DNA of 63,912 bases, counting the filler, from Dicyema japonicum (taxonomy: Eukaryota; Animalia; Dicyemida): the NCBI GenBank assembly GCA_011109175.1. It is 9 parts of 9 records of this genome, joined end to end, with 100 filler letters (N's around TTAATTAATTAA, not from the genome) between each part and the next. Parts side by side here need not be neighbours in the genome. Positions count along the whole stretch, not along the records: positions 47,157 to 60,623 come from RDEW01000012.1; positions 60,724 to 62,546 come from RDEW01000271.1; positions 62,647 to 63,912 come from RDEW01000151.1; 6 more parts are not named here. The stretch is one strand, 5' to 3'. Shown here piece after piece: positions 50,690 to 63,912 of the stretch (the stretch's first letter is position 1; each line of letters begins with the position of its first letter). Under the pieces are notes generated by a model. It saw only the letters and a program-made list of their open reading frames with translations. It ran no database searches and was not told the DNA's origin. The translations under genes and the position numbers were made by a program.

Positions 50690-52075
50690 ACATAAGTAGT
50701 GTGGCGAGAGGGGTTAAGGAAAAGCACCGCCTATAGTAAAAGGGCTAATTTGTAAACTCCGTGTTCCCAGATGGGACCTCAAAGAGTTGAAGAGGGAAAA
50801 AGTGGAGTTATATAAGGCAATAATAGTGCATAAGAGGAAACTCTAAACACATGAAAGTCGATGTACGAGTTGGAGAGGAAATAATATGTTTGAACTTAAT
50901 CGCAGATTGCATTACCGTCGCCTAAACGATAATGGTTACAGTGCATGTTCCATACAGCACGCGGAAATGCTCTCCACATGGAGTAGTATTTGGGAGGCTA
51001 AGCCACGCAGAGGAAATGCGTGGAATGTCCAATATTGCGCCGCTCCTTTTTTGGCAGAATCTGAGGAGCTCTACTCCAAGGGTGTCCGTGTCAAGGAATT
51101 TATTAAGAGATTAAGACTAGATTTGAATTATTAAAAGTCTGCGACGAACACGCAAGTATATAACGAGTTAGTAAGAGTTTTAGAAGAACACGAAGGATAT
51201 AAGTATCTGGGTGTTACCGTATCTCCAAAATCCCTTATAATGCCTGATACAAAGAAACAAATTACTGAAGGCATCTGTAAAAGAGCAGCGTTATTTTACA
51301 AGAACTCTCTAAATGCAAGAGATTTGTTCCTAGCAATAAATGAGTATGCTGTCTCGTTGCTAAATTACTATATAGGTGTTTTGTAGTTTGAGCAGAGAGA
51401 GTATGATAAAATGAATGTTATGATCCGTGTAGTACTCAGAGAGAACCATGTCTACGTGCTGACAGCTAATAAAAAGAGACTATATTTACCCCGTGATCGA
51501 TAAGGTGTCTGGCCAATTCCTTATCATAGAGGTAGTCATTACGTCTCAAGACCGTTTGCAGACTGTGGAGGTAAAGAGAAAAAAAGTATGACTTGCTTGC
51601 AAACGAGATGGGGCAGATGCTTGGTTGGAAGGTCTTCGTTTTTCCAATGGTAATGACGTGAAGGAATTGCAACAAAGTACCACAAGGGTTATCTCAAGCA
51701 GTTGGGGGTGGATAGGAAGCTCCAGTCCTATCTACATTTAATGTAATAAATCAAACCCTAGACATTTTGACATTGGAGTATAGGATTTAGATGCCATATG
51801 GGCAGAGGGTTCAATTGGGCAAGTTGTTTAGGATTAGAATCAAACCGCCTGAGGAGGCTCGCGAAGGCCATTGTTCTGTAGGAAGAAGGGTCATTTTTGG
51901 ATTTTCCTAGCNCTCAAGCAGTTGGGGGTGGATAGGAAGCCCCAGTCCTATCTACATTTAATGTAATAAATCAAACCCTAGACATCCTGACATTGGAGTA
52001 TAGGATTCAGATGCCATATGGGCAGAGGGTTCAATTGGGCAAGTTGTTTAGGATTAGAATCAAACCGCCTGAGGA
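50690..52075 (+). mobile_element. Internally deleted copy of the R4/Dong-like element at 40435-42672
   Basis: Nucleotide similarity in blocks (LEEHEGYKYLGV, INEYAVSLLNYYIG, RLYLPRD, KKYDLLANEMG); 3' part duplicated around n 51912. Confidence 0.85.
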
Positions 52076-54492
52076 GGCTCACGAAGGCCATTGTTCTGTA
52101 GGAAGAAGGGTCATTTTTGGATTTTCCTAGCTTCAAGATCGGTTTGATGTATGATCACTTCCAGACATCTGGAATAGTGTTCATATATATTGATATTGTG
52201 AATATGTAAGCAATTATATCTAAAGTAAGAGTTCCTAGATGCATTAGTTCAGTTGTATAAGTATTGTCTGAACCTCAGGCTTTGGAGTCTTGGGTCTTTG
52301 ATATTTGATATTGCTTTGGAGTCCAGATCTCTCAGTGTGTCATTGACTTGTTCTTTATGTAAGAAATCTATAGTCTTATGAGTAACTCGTATTCTTCTTT
52401 TTAGAGATTCTCGGTCCACATAATACAGACACCATCTTAACTTTGTCCGAAGGCGATTTCGTGTTGAAATTTCCTGCTTGATATNAGTCTTGGGTCTTTG
52501 ATATTTGATATTGCTTTGGAGTCCATTAAAATAAATAATTTTCTCGCTTCTGGAATGAACAAAAAGAACTGTGAATGATGTTGTGTAGTTATGAGGCAGC
52601 ACGTAGTTTTTAAAACTTGATCTGTATTTCAATATAGCTCGCAAAACTTTGCTAGTCAGCAAGGTTATAATTTATCAAAGAAAAGAGTGACTTTCTAGTG
52701 AACTTAATTGCAAAATGATCGGATTATGATCACTCATAGATTCTTAATTCTCTCTCCATAAAATTGAAGAAGCCAGAAGGAAAGACGCGATTTAAATGCC
52801 AGGGGATGATGGTTATCAATTTGTCTAAAGGTGGTTCATGTGTGAAAGTCAAGGTCGTTTAGGATGCAAAAGGTTCCAATTCTTCATGTCTCTATCTCCA
52901 TTTTGACTTCCTTCAATTTCCAATGCGACGTTGTACAAATCAACTTGATGCTGCTCGAATATAGACAACTCTTATGTTGAGAAGTAAAATGAAAACTTAA
53001 CAAACACAATAGTTTTCAAAATAATTCTCAAAAAATAAGATCCCTTAATTCAATATTGAATTTGATTATGATCAAAACAATTGATAGACCATTATTATAA
53101 AAGGAGAACTTCTCTGCCTTCATATTTGGAGTGATAGTGGCTGAGTTATTCCTTGAATATTGTGTCAACAGACATTTTATCTTATGTACGTGTTATTCAC
53201 TTTGGACCTCTGGAAATAACCTGGATCCGTTCCGCTATCATGCTCCTTACTGAGTTGATCAGGGTCTTCTCTTCTAGCGTTTCTTTACCTCTTTTACGAA
53301 GGGCCAGCTTTATAACCTCTTCCGCTTATTTTTGACAAAAAAATCAGTGATTCCTTGATTCGATATGGCACATAAGTCTTTATAAATCAGCCTTTTCCTG
53401 ATTATGAAATTGATTTATTAGACTAATAGTCAAAGGGATCCGTCCTCGATTTTCCTTGTTTTGTGATCTAGCTCTAATAATTGACTAGCTTCAAATAGGC
53501 AACAGATGACCTCAAAAAGGCAATCCGGACCCTCCTAGAATAGCTTAAGGAGTACACTGTCCATTCCAGGAGCTAATCTTAGCACAACATAATAGTTTGT
53601 TTCATCTTTTCTTTATTAATTATCTCATGCGTCATGTCTCAAAATGCTTTTCCAGAATTTTTATACTTGAAAAATTTCTTTGGGCAGTAAATTCTTTGAA
53701 TCAATCCCTTGAATACTCTGTGAAGGTCCCGAAATACATTAGGAACATCCGCCTCGGTGACGACATGCCATCGAACCTTTTCAAATTAATAACATCTGAT
53801 TTAAATCCAAGAGTTACAAGCCTCCGATTAGACTTCCAGAATGTTAAGTTATTTGTATCCAGCTTTCCTGCTTCAGTCCTCCATTTTTATTGACTTATTA
53901 GCACTTTCACAAGGTCTATAATATTAATAGCATCAGCAGCAAAAAATGTAAGAGAAAGAGTAAGCTTGTTTCAGGTTTTTCTGGTCATAGCCAGATCTCT
54001 CAGTGTGTCATTGACTTGCTCTTTAAGTTAGAAATCTATAGTCTTCTAAGTAACTCGTATTCTTCTCTTTAAAGATTTTCGGTCTACATAATCCAGACAC
54101 CATCTTAACTTTGTCCGAAGGCGATTTCGTGTTGAAATTTCTTGCTTGATATGGGTAGAGACAGCAGCTTTAGGATTTCTAGATAGAACAGGTTTCTCAA
54201 AACAATGTAATACTCTTCCATAGCACTCACAATGTTTACGCTAACAAAGTCCACATCACCTGGCGACAACATAGAAGTCAATATAGAACAATGTTTTACT
54301 TTCATGACAGTCCTGTAATGACTCCAATTGACATATTAGTATAAAATTTTATTTAATCCCCAATACATGGACGATTTTAAATTAACAAACAAGACTTGGG
54401 GAATATGGTCGCTTCCGATATCTAGAATAAAATGAGTATCCACATGCGCAAAAGAAATGAAATCATCAGTAAAATCCAACTTTATCACCACC

Positions 54493-54840
54493 AGCCGGGT
54501 TGATGGTGGCAAGGTGTCGGGCTAAAGTCGCTTAGGTTGCGGGTTCGATTCTCGCTGATGATCACCTGGTGGAAGGTTCCATGGATCTACAATGCGGAAA
54601 GGGCTTGACGAGTAACGCCGTCTTCAATGGAGATTCACTACGGAAATGGATAATCAAAATGACATCCACACAAGAAAAAGAAAAACAAAGAAGTGAAGAG
54701 CATTCCTTGGTTCTTCCTCTACGATTAGTTATAACAACTGTTCTTTACTCAAATAAAGTGTGTGTTCTGCACGAGCGAAACCCTTGGCATCTAACGTGCT
54801 TATGGCAACGCGGTAGTGCTTAATTATTATTATTATTTAT
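54493..54840 (+). mobile_element. tRNA-derived SINE copy, full length with alternative 3' segment and (TTA)n tail
   Basis: ggtgtcgggctaaagtcgcttaggttgcgggttcgattctcg head, conserved body, aataaagtgtgtg, ttattattattta. Confidence 0.85.
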
Positions 54841-56324
54841 CACCACCTTTGTACGAATAATGATTTGGTTCCTTGGATGTCAAAACATCTAGGCCAAGAG
54901 AGTCTGAATAATGTATCAATCTTTGTCCATTTTAATAGGTTTTACCACATCCAAAAGCAACATGTTTAAAATTAAGATCTCCAACAAAAAAAGATTTCGG
55001 ATAGTCAATAAAAAACTGGCCGAAACTGTCCACACAATTAATAAGAGTCTTTGAATACATTTCCGCAATGATAATCCACACATCGTCACAACAAACGTCA
55101 ACAGAGGTAAATTCACAATCAGTGTTCCGTTTGACTACATCCATATTAGGAAAATGATAATTGATCAGTCACACTACTAGAGTTGAGTTTTTATATAAGA
55201 GGCATCGATCTTTAAGAGAAAACAGAATCCCTAAATCTCCCATACTTCATGATTAATAGTATATTGAAAAACTTTCAGTTGTCGTGATTAATTGACTTAT
55301 TGTATATCAATGTTAAGCTCCCGATTCAGTAGGGATTACTCCTATTCTCCCATCGAAAGATGAGAAAACCAACAATAGATTATATCATCCATCGGTAGTC
55401 TTTGTAAATAATGTCTTCGAAAATAAGCATAATTTTTATTTTTGAATATCAGTATTGAAAGTTTTCGAAAAGTCAACTCGACAATGTAAATCATTTTTCT
55501 GTGACTTTGGCATATAATTTATAAAATTAGCGTTTTGATTTACTATTTATTTTTACATTAAACTTTTCAACAAGCATTTTGATATTTAGTCAAGCAAATC
55601 TGATAACTGTAGTTTGGATCTGTTGGATATAGTTTTGTGCAATTTTCTTCTCAAGCAATTGGAATCTTTTTTTGTCACATCTAATCGATCAAATAATCTG
55701 TTAAGTCGGTTGAAGGTTTCTGTGCCTCTGTTCGTGATGATTAGCTGTCTCATGTCCATTGCCTGATTGAATCCTAAAGTAATTCAAATTTCCATAATAA
55801 AATCTTACTTTCGAACGATTTATTAAAGAATCTGCATAGAATGATTAAATTCTTTTTGTAAACAAACAGTTTTGAGTTACCAATACCCTCTTTGGTCGGA
55901 AAGTAAACCTTCCGATTTTTTAGGGAAATTGCTGATGACACAAACGGTTTCGCTTGCGGTCTTCAGAGAGTGAATGATCAAGTAACTCTGCAGTACCGCT
56001 ATTTGTAATCACGCCTTGTCTGAGATAGCGTCCTGGGCTTATCTTATAAATAGGCAGCGATCAAAATCACATAATCTAGAAGATCAAGAGAGACCCCTGG
56101 CTTGTGAGGAAGGGGAACTGGCGATTCAAATACATACATGGTGACTGGAAACTTTACCTTGCATTTACTGATAACATACTTTTGAATTTATTCCTAAATT
56201 AGCGTGCTATCCAGGACAGTGTTTTCCCTTATATCAAACGTACTATGATGGCTGCAAGATCAGTATCTGTGCCAAGGGATATGACATAATCGTCCCAGTA
56301 AAAAAAAGAAACCGATCCCGTCCG

Positions 56325-57520
56325 TTAAGGAGTATTTAATCCAAATTTCAATTTGTCTAAAATGTTTAAGACAAGATCTTCATAATTATTAATTTCCTTG
56401 GGAGTCAAAGCCTTTTGTATGTCATTGGAGCATACTAGAGACTTTTGATGCAAAAATTTGGATTGTAGACTATCATTAATGAATTTTGTTAGGCATGTAA
56501 TGTGAGTTGTTGTAGAGTAACCTTTTTTAAAACCGTGTTGGAAAGATAAAAAATGGAAAGTTAGGTTTAATCGGATCAGGAATGATATTGGATACTGAGT
56601 CAAAAGCCTTCTCTATATCCACTGAGACCAGCACGGTTCTCTCGTAAAATTTGGGGTATTCAGTTCGTAGAAATGAATTGTATAAGGTTTGTTAAATAAG
56701 TTGTTGAGTGTCCTTTGCAAAATCCACGTAGAAAATATAGTAGAGTTACGAAAGGACGGATCTTTGGAAGAAAAAGGCACAGATAATGGATAACAAACAG
56801 TAGGAAGATAAAAAGTTTGGTGGCTTGTTTTTCTTCAGGATTTAGATATCTTGTTCTCGTTTATTGAGATAGTGAAAATTTGTGTTACCCCATCGTCGCA
56901 GAAGGACCAAGTTACCTCAGTTCGAAAACGGATGACATCTGAACCGCGGTACGACGAGTTATTCATTTTCCTGATTACTGAATGCACCATTGACGGGTTG
57001 AAGAAAGTCATGTGTGGGACATTTATTCCTTCGACAATGGTTTGAACAAAGATCAGGTCTTTAGAATATGGTTTATGACTAATATTCACATAGTACTTCA
57101 TAATGTCATTGGGATTTGGTCATGGCTCTCGATGTTTAATTAAATGTGGAGAGCACTTCTCGAGCCTCCTTATTGATTTCCATAATACAATGGAAAAAGT
57201 ATTATTCGTAGCCTTTCTGAGCACATCTTCCCAACGTTTTTTATTGTGTTTTGTGGTGTTCCGCATAATTTCTTTATTTAGTTTTGATATACTTTCAGTA
57301 CGTCCAATGATTTTCTTTCGAATTTCTTTAGATTATTTCTTGTTTGGATTAAAGCACGCGTTTCGGCATCAATTGGAAGTGATCTCGTTGGGATATTTGA
57401 TAGCGGCGTCGAAACTCGTATCAAGAAGATGTGGAGGCTTTGCTTGATAAAATATGTGAAAGTGGGACATACTGCCTGTGATAAGTTAATCTTGGTTCTA
57501 AGAGGATGCATTAACATATG
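56325..57520 (-). mobile_element. Jockey/I-like LINE remnant (pre-RT and RT N-terminus)
   Basis: FQHGFKKGYSTTT, DIQKA; similar to 39037-40352. Confidence 0.7.
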
Positions 57521-57685
57521 TTTTTGTTGGATCCTAATGAATATTGGACTATGGCAGTATTTAAGTTGTATAAAACAGTGGTTCGCAACCTGGGCGATAT
57601 CGCCAAAATTAGGTGGTGGGATTGTAAATTATTGATTTTTTAAATTTTTTTGAAGAGATGAATTAATAATAAATAAATATTGAAC

Positions 57686-57972
57686 TTTACGAGGAGCTAT
57701 ATTAGCTATAGCTTTTTCAACATTATTTTAGGACAAACATTATTTAAGTAAAGAACAGTTTTCTTAGCTAATCGACGAGGGAAAACCAAAGAATGCTCTT
57801 CACTTATATTGTAGTTTTGTTGGGTGTGAGTCATATTGTTGATGATCCGGATACGCAGTGAGATGTTCGGCGTCACTCGTCAAACCAAAGCATCCCAGAT
57901 TCGTTGAACCTTCATCCGGAATGTACACTAGCGAAATTCTAACTAAGGGTCATCAGGCCTTTTCCCCGGCAC
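57686..57972 (-). mobile_element. tRNA-derived SINE copy; a related copy lies at 59020-59318 (-)
   Basis: ttatttaagtaaagaacag, gaatgctcttcactt, cgtcactcgtcaaacc, gaaccttc. Confidence 0.75.
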
Positions 57973-59869
57973 TCGTTAGACTGAATTACACTGAATTAAT
58001 AGATCTCAATAATTATGAAATTAACTTCAAAATACATCAATTTCTCAGTTTTGGTAGAATTAATGATTAAAGAACAATTTCCAAAATTGTGAAATTCGAT
58101 CTCTTAAATATTTCCCCGGCACTCGTTACACTGAATTACACTGAATTAATAGATCTCAATAATTATGAAATTAACTTCAAAATACATCAATTTCTCAGTT
58201 TTGGTAGAATTAATGATTAAAGAACAATTTCCAAAATTGTGAAATTCGATCTCTTAAATAATCTTGTACTTTCCAACTTCATATCTTATTAAAAGAAAAT
58301 TCAACTCACTAAATTATTCATTAAGAAGTGAGGGAAGTAAATTGAAAGGTTTGTGAGGTGATATTCGACTTTACTGATAATTGAAATGTTGCTTAAAAGT
58401 CTTCGGTAGAGCAATTTTTTAGCATAAAATGTCATTTTTAAAGGAAAAATTTTAAAATTTAGTTTTCAAAATTAAAAGACTAAAAAGTATTAATTTCTAA
58501 AAAGAAAAAAATGAAAATATAAAAATGTATAGTTTTTAATTAATATTCTTAACATTGATATACAACATATCAATTAATCACGACAACTGAAAGTTTTCCA
58601 ATCTACTCCCAATTATGAAGTATGGGAGACCTAGAAATTCTGTCTTCTCTTAAAGATCGATGTTTCTCATATAAAAACTCGACTCTATTGACGGATCTAT
58701 TATCATTTTCCTAAGATGGATGAAGTCAAACGAAACACTGACTGTGAATTTACCACTGTTGACGTTTGTTGTGACGATGTGTGGATTACCATTGTGGGAA
58801 TGTATTAAAAGACTTTTATTAATTGTGTGGACAGTATTGGCCATTTTTTATTGACATGTGAAATCTTTTTTTGTTGGGGATCTTAATCTAAATATGTTGC
58901 TTTTGGATGTGGTAAGACCTATCATAATAGACAAAGATTGAGACATTTATCAGACTCTCTTGGCTTCGAGGTTTTGACATCCAACGAACCAAATCATTAT
59001 TCGTTGAAAGGTGGTGATAAATAATAATAATTAAGCACAACCACATTGCCATAAGCATGCAAGATGACTAGGGTTTCGTTCGTGCAGAACACAAATTTTA
59101 TTTAAGTAACAGTTATTATAACTAATCGTAGATGGAGAACCAAGGAATGCTTTTCACTTTGTTTTTTTTATAAGAAAAAATTAACACATTCAATACAACT
59201 CTTATTTACAGCCTTTACAATATGGTTTATGACTAAAGCATAGCAGATTCGTGGAACCTTCATCCGGAATGTACACCTGCGAAATTCTAACTAGACTCAT
59301 CAGGCCTTTTCCCGCCACTCGTTACACTGATTTAATAGACCTTAAAAATAATGCATATTATGAAATTAACCTCAATATACATATATTTCTCAGTTTTTGT
59401 AGAATTAAAGATTAAAGAACAATTTCCAAAAATTTGGAACTCGATCTCTTAAATATTCTTGTCTTTCCAACTTCATATCTTGTTAATGAAAATTCAACTC
59501 ACTCAATTATTCATTAAGAAGTGAGGGAAGTGAATTGAAAGTTTGTGAGGTGATATTAAACTTTACTGATAATTGAAATGTTGCTTAAAAGTTTTTGGTA
59601 GGGTAATTTTTTAGCACAAAATGCCATTTTTAAAGGAAGGATCATTTTTTAATTGATGAGTTAAAATTAAAAAATTAAAATTATTCCAAAGACTAAGGGT
59701 AACCAAACATCCAAAGTTTTAGCTTATTTGTAAAAATCTATATTTTTGAAAATAGTCATTTTCTTACTGTTTTAGACTTTAATATTCAAAATTAAAAGAA
59801 CAAAAAATTTGAATATCTAAAAGAAAAAAATAAAAATATAAAAATGCTTAGTTTTTAACTAATATTCTT
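57896..59869. repeat. Diverged direct duplication 57896-58550 / 59244-59869; first copy has an internal 150-bp tandem (57961/58111)
   Basis: Collinear sequence blocks visible by eye. Confidence 0.85.
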
Positions 59870-60466
59870 GTGTTATGGAGTTATTCCTTATAGATGGATT
59901 AGTAATTGATGTCTGATGATCAGGGTCTTCATTGTGAAAATTATACATATTTTGAGTGGAATATGCATAGTTTCTATTACTAGTAATTTCTTGGTTCATC
60001 ATTCCATTTACTGNTAATATTCTTGTGTTATGAAGTTATTCCTTATAGATGGATTAGTAATTGATGTCTGATGATCAGGGTCTTCATTGTGAAAATTATA
60101 CATATTTTGAGTGGAATATGCATAGTTTCTATTACTAGTAATTTGTTGGTTCATCATTCCATTTTCTGGGTTTATATTTATAGGCATGAAATTATAATTT
60201 TGATGATTATTATATTGATTTGAATAATTTGGTAAATATCCCATTTTTGAATTATGAGTCATCATGTCATAACTATCATTTCTAGGATACGATTGACTGA
60301 ATTGTGACCTTGTACTGTTTTCATTATATACACAAAATTGTTGTGAAGGATGTACCATACTATTTACATATCCAGATTGCATAAAATTTGTTTCTTGGAA
60401 TAGCCGTGTGTCTCTATACTGCATTGGTCCACATAATATATTATTTTGATCCGACGGAAAAACCAA
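59858..60466 (-). CDS. N/Q/Y-rich low-complexity ORF (about 150 aa), probable C-terminal exon of a transcription factor, 5'-truncated; 3' end duplicated around n 60014
   Basis: Open frame with composition like the homeobox tail; no domain recognised; stop read from the duplicated copy (QEY*). Confidence 0.45.
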
Positions 60467-60468
60467 GA

Positions 60469-60623
60469 ATCGAAAATCAGCTTCACCTTAAGTGAGTTCC
60501 TTTCTAACCCAAGACACCCCAACATTCTCCGACTCTACCAGTTTTTGACTACAGCGACAAAATTTTCATGGTTCTTGAATATGCCATCCACGGTGAGCTG
60601 TACAGCATCCTGCTAAAAAAGAA
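60469..60623 (+). pseudogene. Aurora-type kinase fragment (subdomains III-V), 22-nt intron 60492-60513, 1-nt frameshift in a T-run
   Basis: IENQLHLK|HPNILRLYQF / DYSDKIFMVLEYAIHGELYSILLKK. Confidence 0.78.
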
Positions 60624-61914
60624 NNNNNNNNNNNNNNNNNNNNNNNNNNNNNNNNNNNNNNNNNNNNTTAATTAATTAANNNNNNNNNNNNNNNNNNNNN
60701 NNNNNNNNNNNNNNNNNNNNNNNTTTAGTTAGACCTCAATTCGATCCATTCATTGGTTTTTAATTTCTGACAATTATTTTTTAGAGAAACTAATTAGATT
60801 CATCGAACCCTCTCATTATAAAAACAGCGTTACAATGTTAATTTCCACTGCTGGCTAAATTATATTTAATTATTCCTTAGTAAAGCCTCTTCATTGTAAA
60901 AGGATTCTAGAATATGGGAAAAATAATTTGGTTATATTCAAAAATTTTAAAACTCATTTTGATTTCAAAGTTTTAACTAAAATTATATTTTTTAGTTTTT
61001 GGAAAGTGAATTCTCAGAAAATTTGACAATCCTCAATTGCAATTATTGTCATATTATTAACCGTCATTTCTTCTTTGATTTTGACTCAAACGTTTTTAAA
61101 CTAAATGAGTTATACTCAAGCATCCCAAGTTATATTTTTAAATTAATTTTGAAGATTTTCAGAATCTAAATATGGTCATTACAGATCCTTGCACGAGCAT
61201 CCGTAAATGCGTACGAATGATATTTACTCAAGTTGCGACGTCACATCCATTATTTCAAAATAAAACAATCAATTTTTATATCGCAACAAGAAACGAGATC
61301 ATAAATGTTTTCTTTGTGTAACACTTTATATGTTTAATAGAAGTATTATATACCCTCTACGCATTTTTTACGGTCACCATTTTTTGATCATGCATTTATC
61401 AGAACGGTCAATTACGATAAGCTCATCTCAGGAAATAAATTTAAAAAATCATATTTTTATCAATTAAAACTGACTGATATAGCGCGAAGTGTTTCTTTCT
61501 CGGAATTTTTCGAATTTCGTTGTTTTTTGCATCAAATCAATTTCAAACTGACTATTCCACTTTTAGACGTTTTAGAGTTCGCTTTAGTTAATACTATTGA
61601 AGAGATTTGGTTCCTGGAATTAAATATACTGCCTTGGAGTCAGGAATTTCTCCAATGCGCATGCCTTCACTGCACCATTCAGGAGACTATTTTCTTTTCT
61701 ACAGGGTATTGGGGTGAATAATATTTATATTGAAATAGATGCTGAAGAATAGCAGTTATTTTAAAGATTCGAAATTAGAAGATATATTAAAGAGGTTTTC
61801 GATCAGATAATTTTGTTTTATAATAAAGAAAACAAATATTACGAATGAACATTTATTTTTTGTTCACATTTTTTAGGGAAATGCTTTAAAGTCAAACAAT
61901 TTTTTTTGTTTTAA

Positions 61915-62546
61915 AGGTAACTAAGACAAGTCCACTTCCGAATTTATTTCTTGGCAAATTAAGTATTTCTTTAGATTTTAGCTTCATGTGATTCTTAGTT
62001 TCATCCAAAGCTTTCTGACGAATTTTTCTATTTTCTCGAAACAAGATGGTTCCAAATCGACAAAACCGATATATTTATTGAGCATGCTCATTAATTGCTC
62101 GAAGTATATTGACTGAGTTTAGTTTAGGTTTCGATAGTCTTTCAATACGATTTCAAGAATCTCTAATTAAAAAAAATCAACTTAAAAGTCCTTTACACAA
62201 CTCCCTTTAGCAGTCTGGACAACCCGCTATCGACGTATCGTCGTCATCAACGTGGCTAAGATATGGGAATAGCATTCCCCGATTAGAAGGGTTATTCTCA
62301 TATTTGTAAAATAAAAACCTTTTTAATGGTCAACAAAAACAGTGTAACCACTGTAAAAGTAACGTGATGACGTTTGACCACTTAGCCACAAAATGCGAAA
62401 GTATGCTCTCAATCTTATGCTCTGTGCCAAGTATGGTATTCGGCGATTCAGAAAGTTGAGAGCACATAGAGTTCAATCGATGTGTGAGAAGTCGACATTT
62501 TGTATTGAAGTGGATACCCCAATACGCATCTCAATTGTTGTCAAAC
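61915..62546. mobile_element. Two R4/Dong-like fragments (61915-62160 minus; 62200-62546 plus)
   Basis: LRAINEHA, LPRNKFGSGL; CNHCKS..DHLATKC, LCAKYGIR..LRAHRVQS, VDTPIR. Confidence 0.72.
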
Positions 62547-62929
62547 NNNNNNNNNNNNNNNNNNNNNNNNNNNNNNNNNNNNNNNNNNNNTTAATTAATT
62601 AANNNNNNNNNNNNNNNNNNNNNNNNNNNNNNNNNNNNNNNNNNNNGAATTAAAAAAGATGACTTTTTTACCTAAAGATGTAAAACACATTGTAAATATC
62701 TCTTAATGTTTATTGATGAACTTATCCAAAACCTGAAAAAATTTATTGGAGACCATTTTGAATCGGAACAAATCAACCTATTGAGGTTCCCAAACTATTT
62801 TCCCACCTATATGGATATCCTTTTCAGTGAATTTACGCGAAATTCCTGTCTGAGCTTGTACTCATCATGCAAATATCGTTGACAGGTTTTGAAGACAAGA
62901 ATGGAGGTTTTGAAGATCTGCGAGTTGAT

Positions 62930-63200
62930 TCAAGCCCCACGTTAAAGAGTTGTTCTGCGTTGGTTTCTGTGTCTTTCGGAATGATCTCTCTGAACATCGC
63001 AAGTATCGAGTCATATTCACGCTGCAGAAATCCAAAATTGATAACTTCACACTTCGAGGTGTTTAGAGTTAGGCATAGGGATTCCATTTGGACGTTTAAT
63101 AGAATAATTGAATTTAACATTAGAAATTTTTTTTCCATTTTGTCCTGGATCCTTAGAACTTCTACAAAAATATGGTTTAAGATATATTTGTTGAATAAAT
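62930..63200 (-). mobile_element. CRE-like RT fragment
   Basis: ESLCLTLNTSKCEVINF resembles GLxLNxSKCE downstream of the YLDD motif. Confidence 0.4.
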
Positions 63201-63912
63201 AAGGAATTTTGGAAAATTTGAATCCTCAATGTAACTCAACTTATGTTGATATTCTTCAAATCAAAACACAGATAAATACCTATAATGAAGGAAGTACCCC
63301 GACATTGGGGACTGGTTCTAGCTTTGAGCCACAACGATTCGATGTGATAGTGGTAGCAACCTATATTGGTGGTGCTCTTCCTTATAAACGCCAGCTTCCT
63401 ACATTTAGCGACGTTAGGATCTACAATTCAATTTAAAGGAACTCACATTAAAGTAACCTCAAGATCAGCCTAAACGGTTTTTAATGGCCGAGCACTTCTG
63501 GATTTTGATCCAGGTTTCTAAGCATATCTCAGAAGGAGCGAAGTGAAGTAGGTATCCCCACAAGTTACATTCCAGACCAATGATTTTCTGTGTAAATATG
63601 GGAAAAATTTTTTTTTAAAAATTTACTTGTCTCTTTGTTAATTTAAAAAAAAATTTCTAAATTACATACTTCACATTTTCAATTCGGACATAATCACAAT
63701 AACATTTTACCTCTAAATATTCAAATCTTGACTTAATCCTTGTCCAATATATTAAAGAACAATCATAAGTTCATTTCTGTTCACGATATCATAAGTCTAA
63801 GCAAGTGGTTCTTAACGGGGGCGCTGTCTAATATTTTCCTTAAAGTAGTTAAGAGGATTGTTGGCTAGGTTATTTAGAGAACCTTTGTATCATTATTAGG
63901 TTATTTCTTAGG

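Larger units (their letters stand above)
54690..59160. repeat. About 620-bp diverged inverted duplication (54690-55317 / 58548-59160) containing a SINE 3' half and a LINE APE fragment
   Basis: Reverse-complement match throughout; both arms encode FVGDLN..HVAFGCGKTY-like sequence. Confidence 0.88.

Noticed and set aside
34700-60623. TPX2-like and Aurora sequences as a functional cluster
   Set aside because: They lie on different contigs joined artificially

Overview
AT-rich, repeat-dense eukaryotic DNA, not prokaryotic. The window is an artificial concatenation of nine contigs joined by eight 100-bp spacers (44 N + TTAATTAATTAA + 44 N). It also has seven single-'n' scaffold joins, most of which duplicate their flanks. 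Host genes carry very short (21-28 nt) GT-AG introns: a divergent K50 PRD-class homeobox gene, the 3' ends of GPATCH1 and ARP8, a compact TPX2-like gene and an Aurora-kinase fragment. The PRD-type homeodomain intron points to an animal; the intron sizes suggest a reduced parasitic lineage such as a dicyemid (inference). Most of the rest is transposon material: one intact Tc1 (DD34E) and one dead copy, RTE-, Jockey/I-, R4/Dong- and CRE-like non-LTR elements, hAT (Charlie/Buster) pieces and Ginger-like integrase remnants. The most notable signals are: (1) a decayed endogenous segmented negative-strand RNA virus (bunya-like) L-polymerase core at about 24.8-25.9 kb, with a probable second remnant at about 17.4 kb; (2) a tRNA-headed SINE family with about eight copies; (3) a dense CACGTG cluster around the homeobox gene. 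All homology calls come from manual translation and motif recognition; no database search was run.
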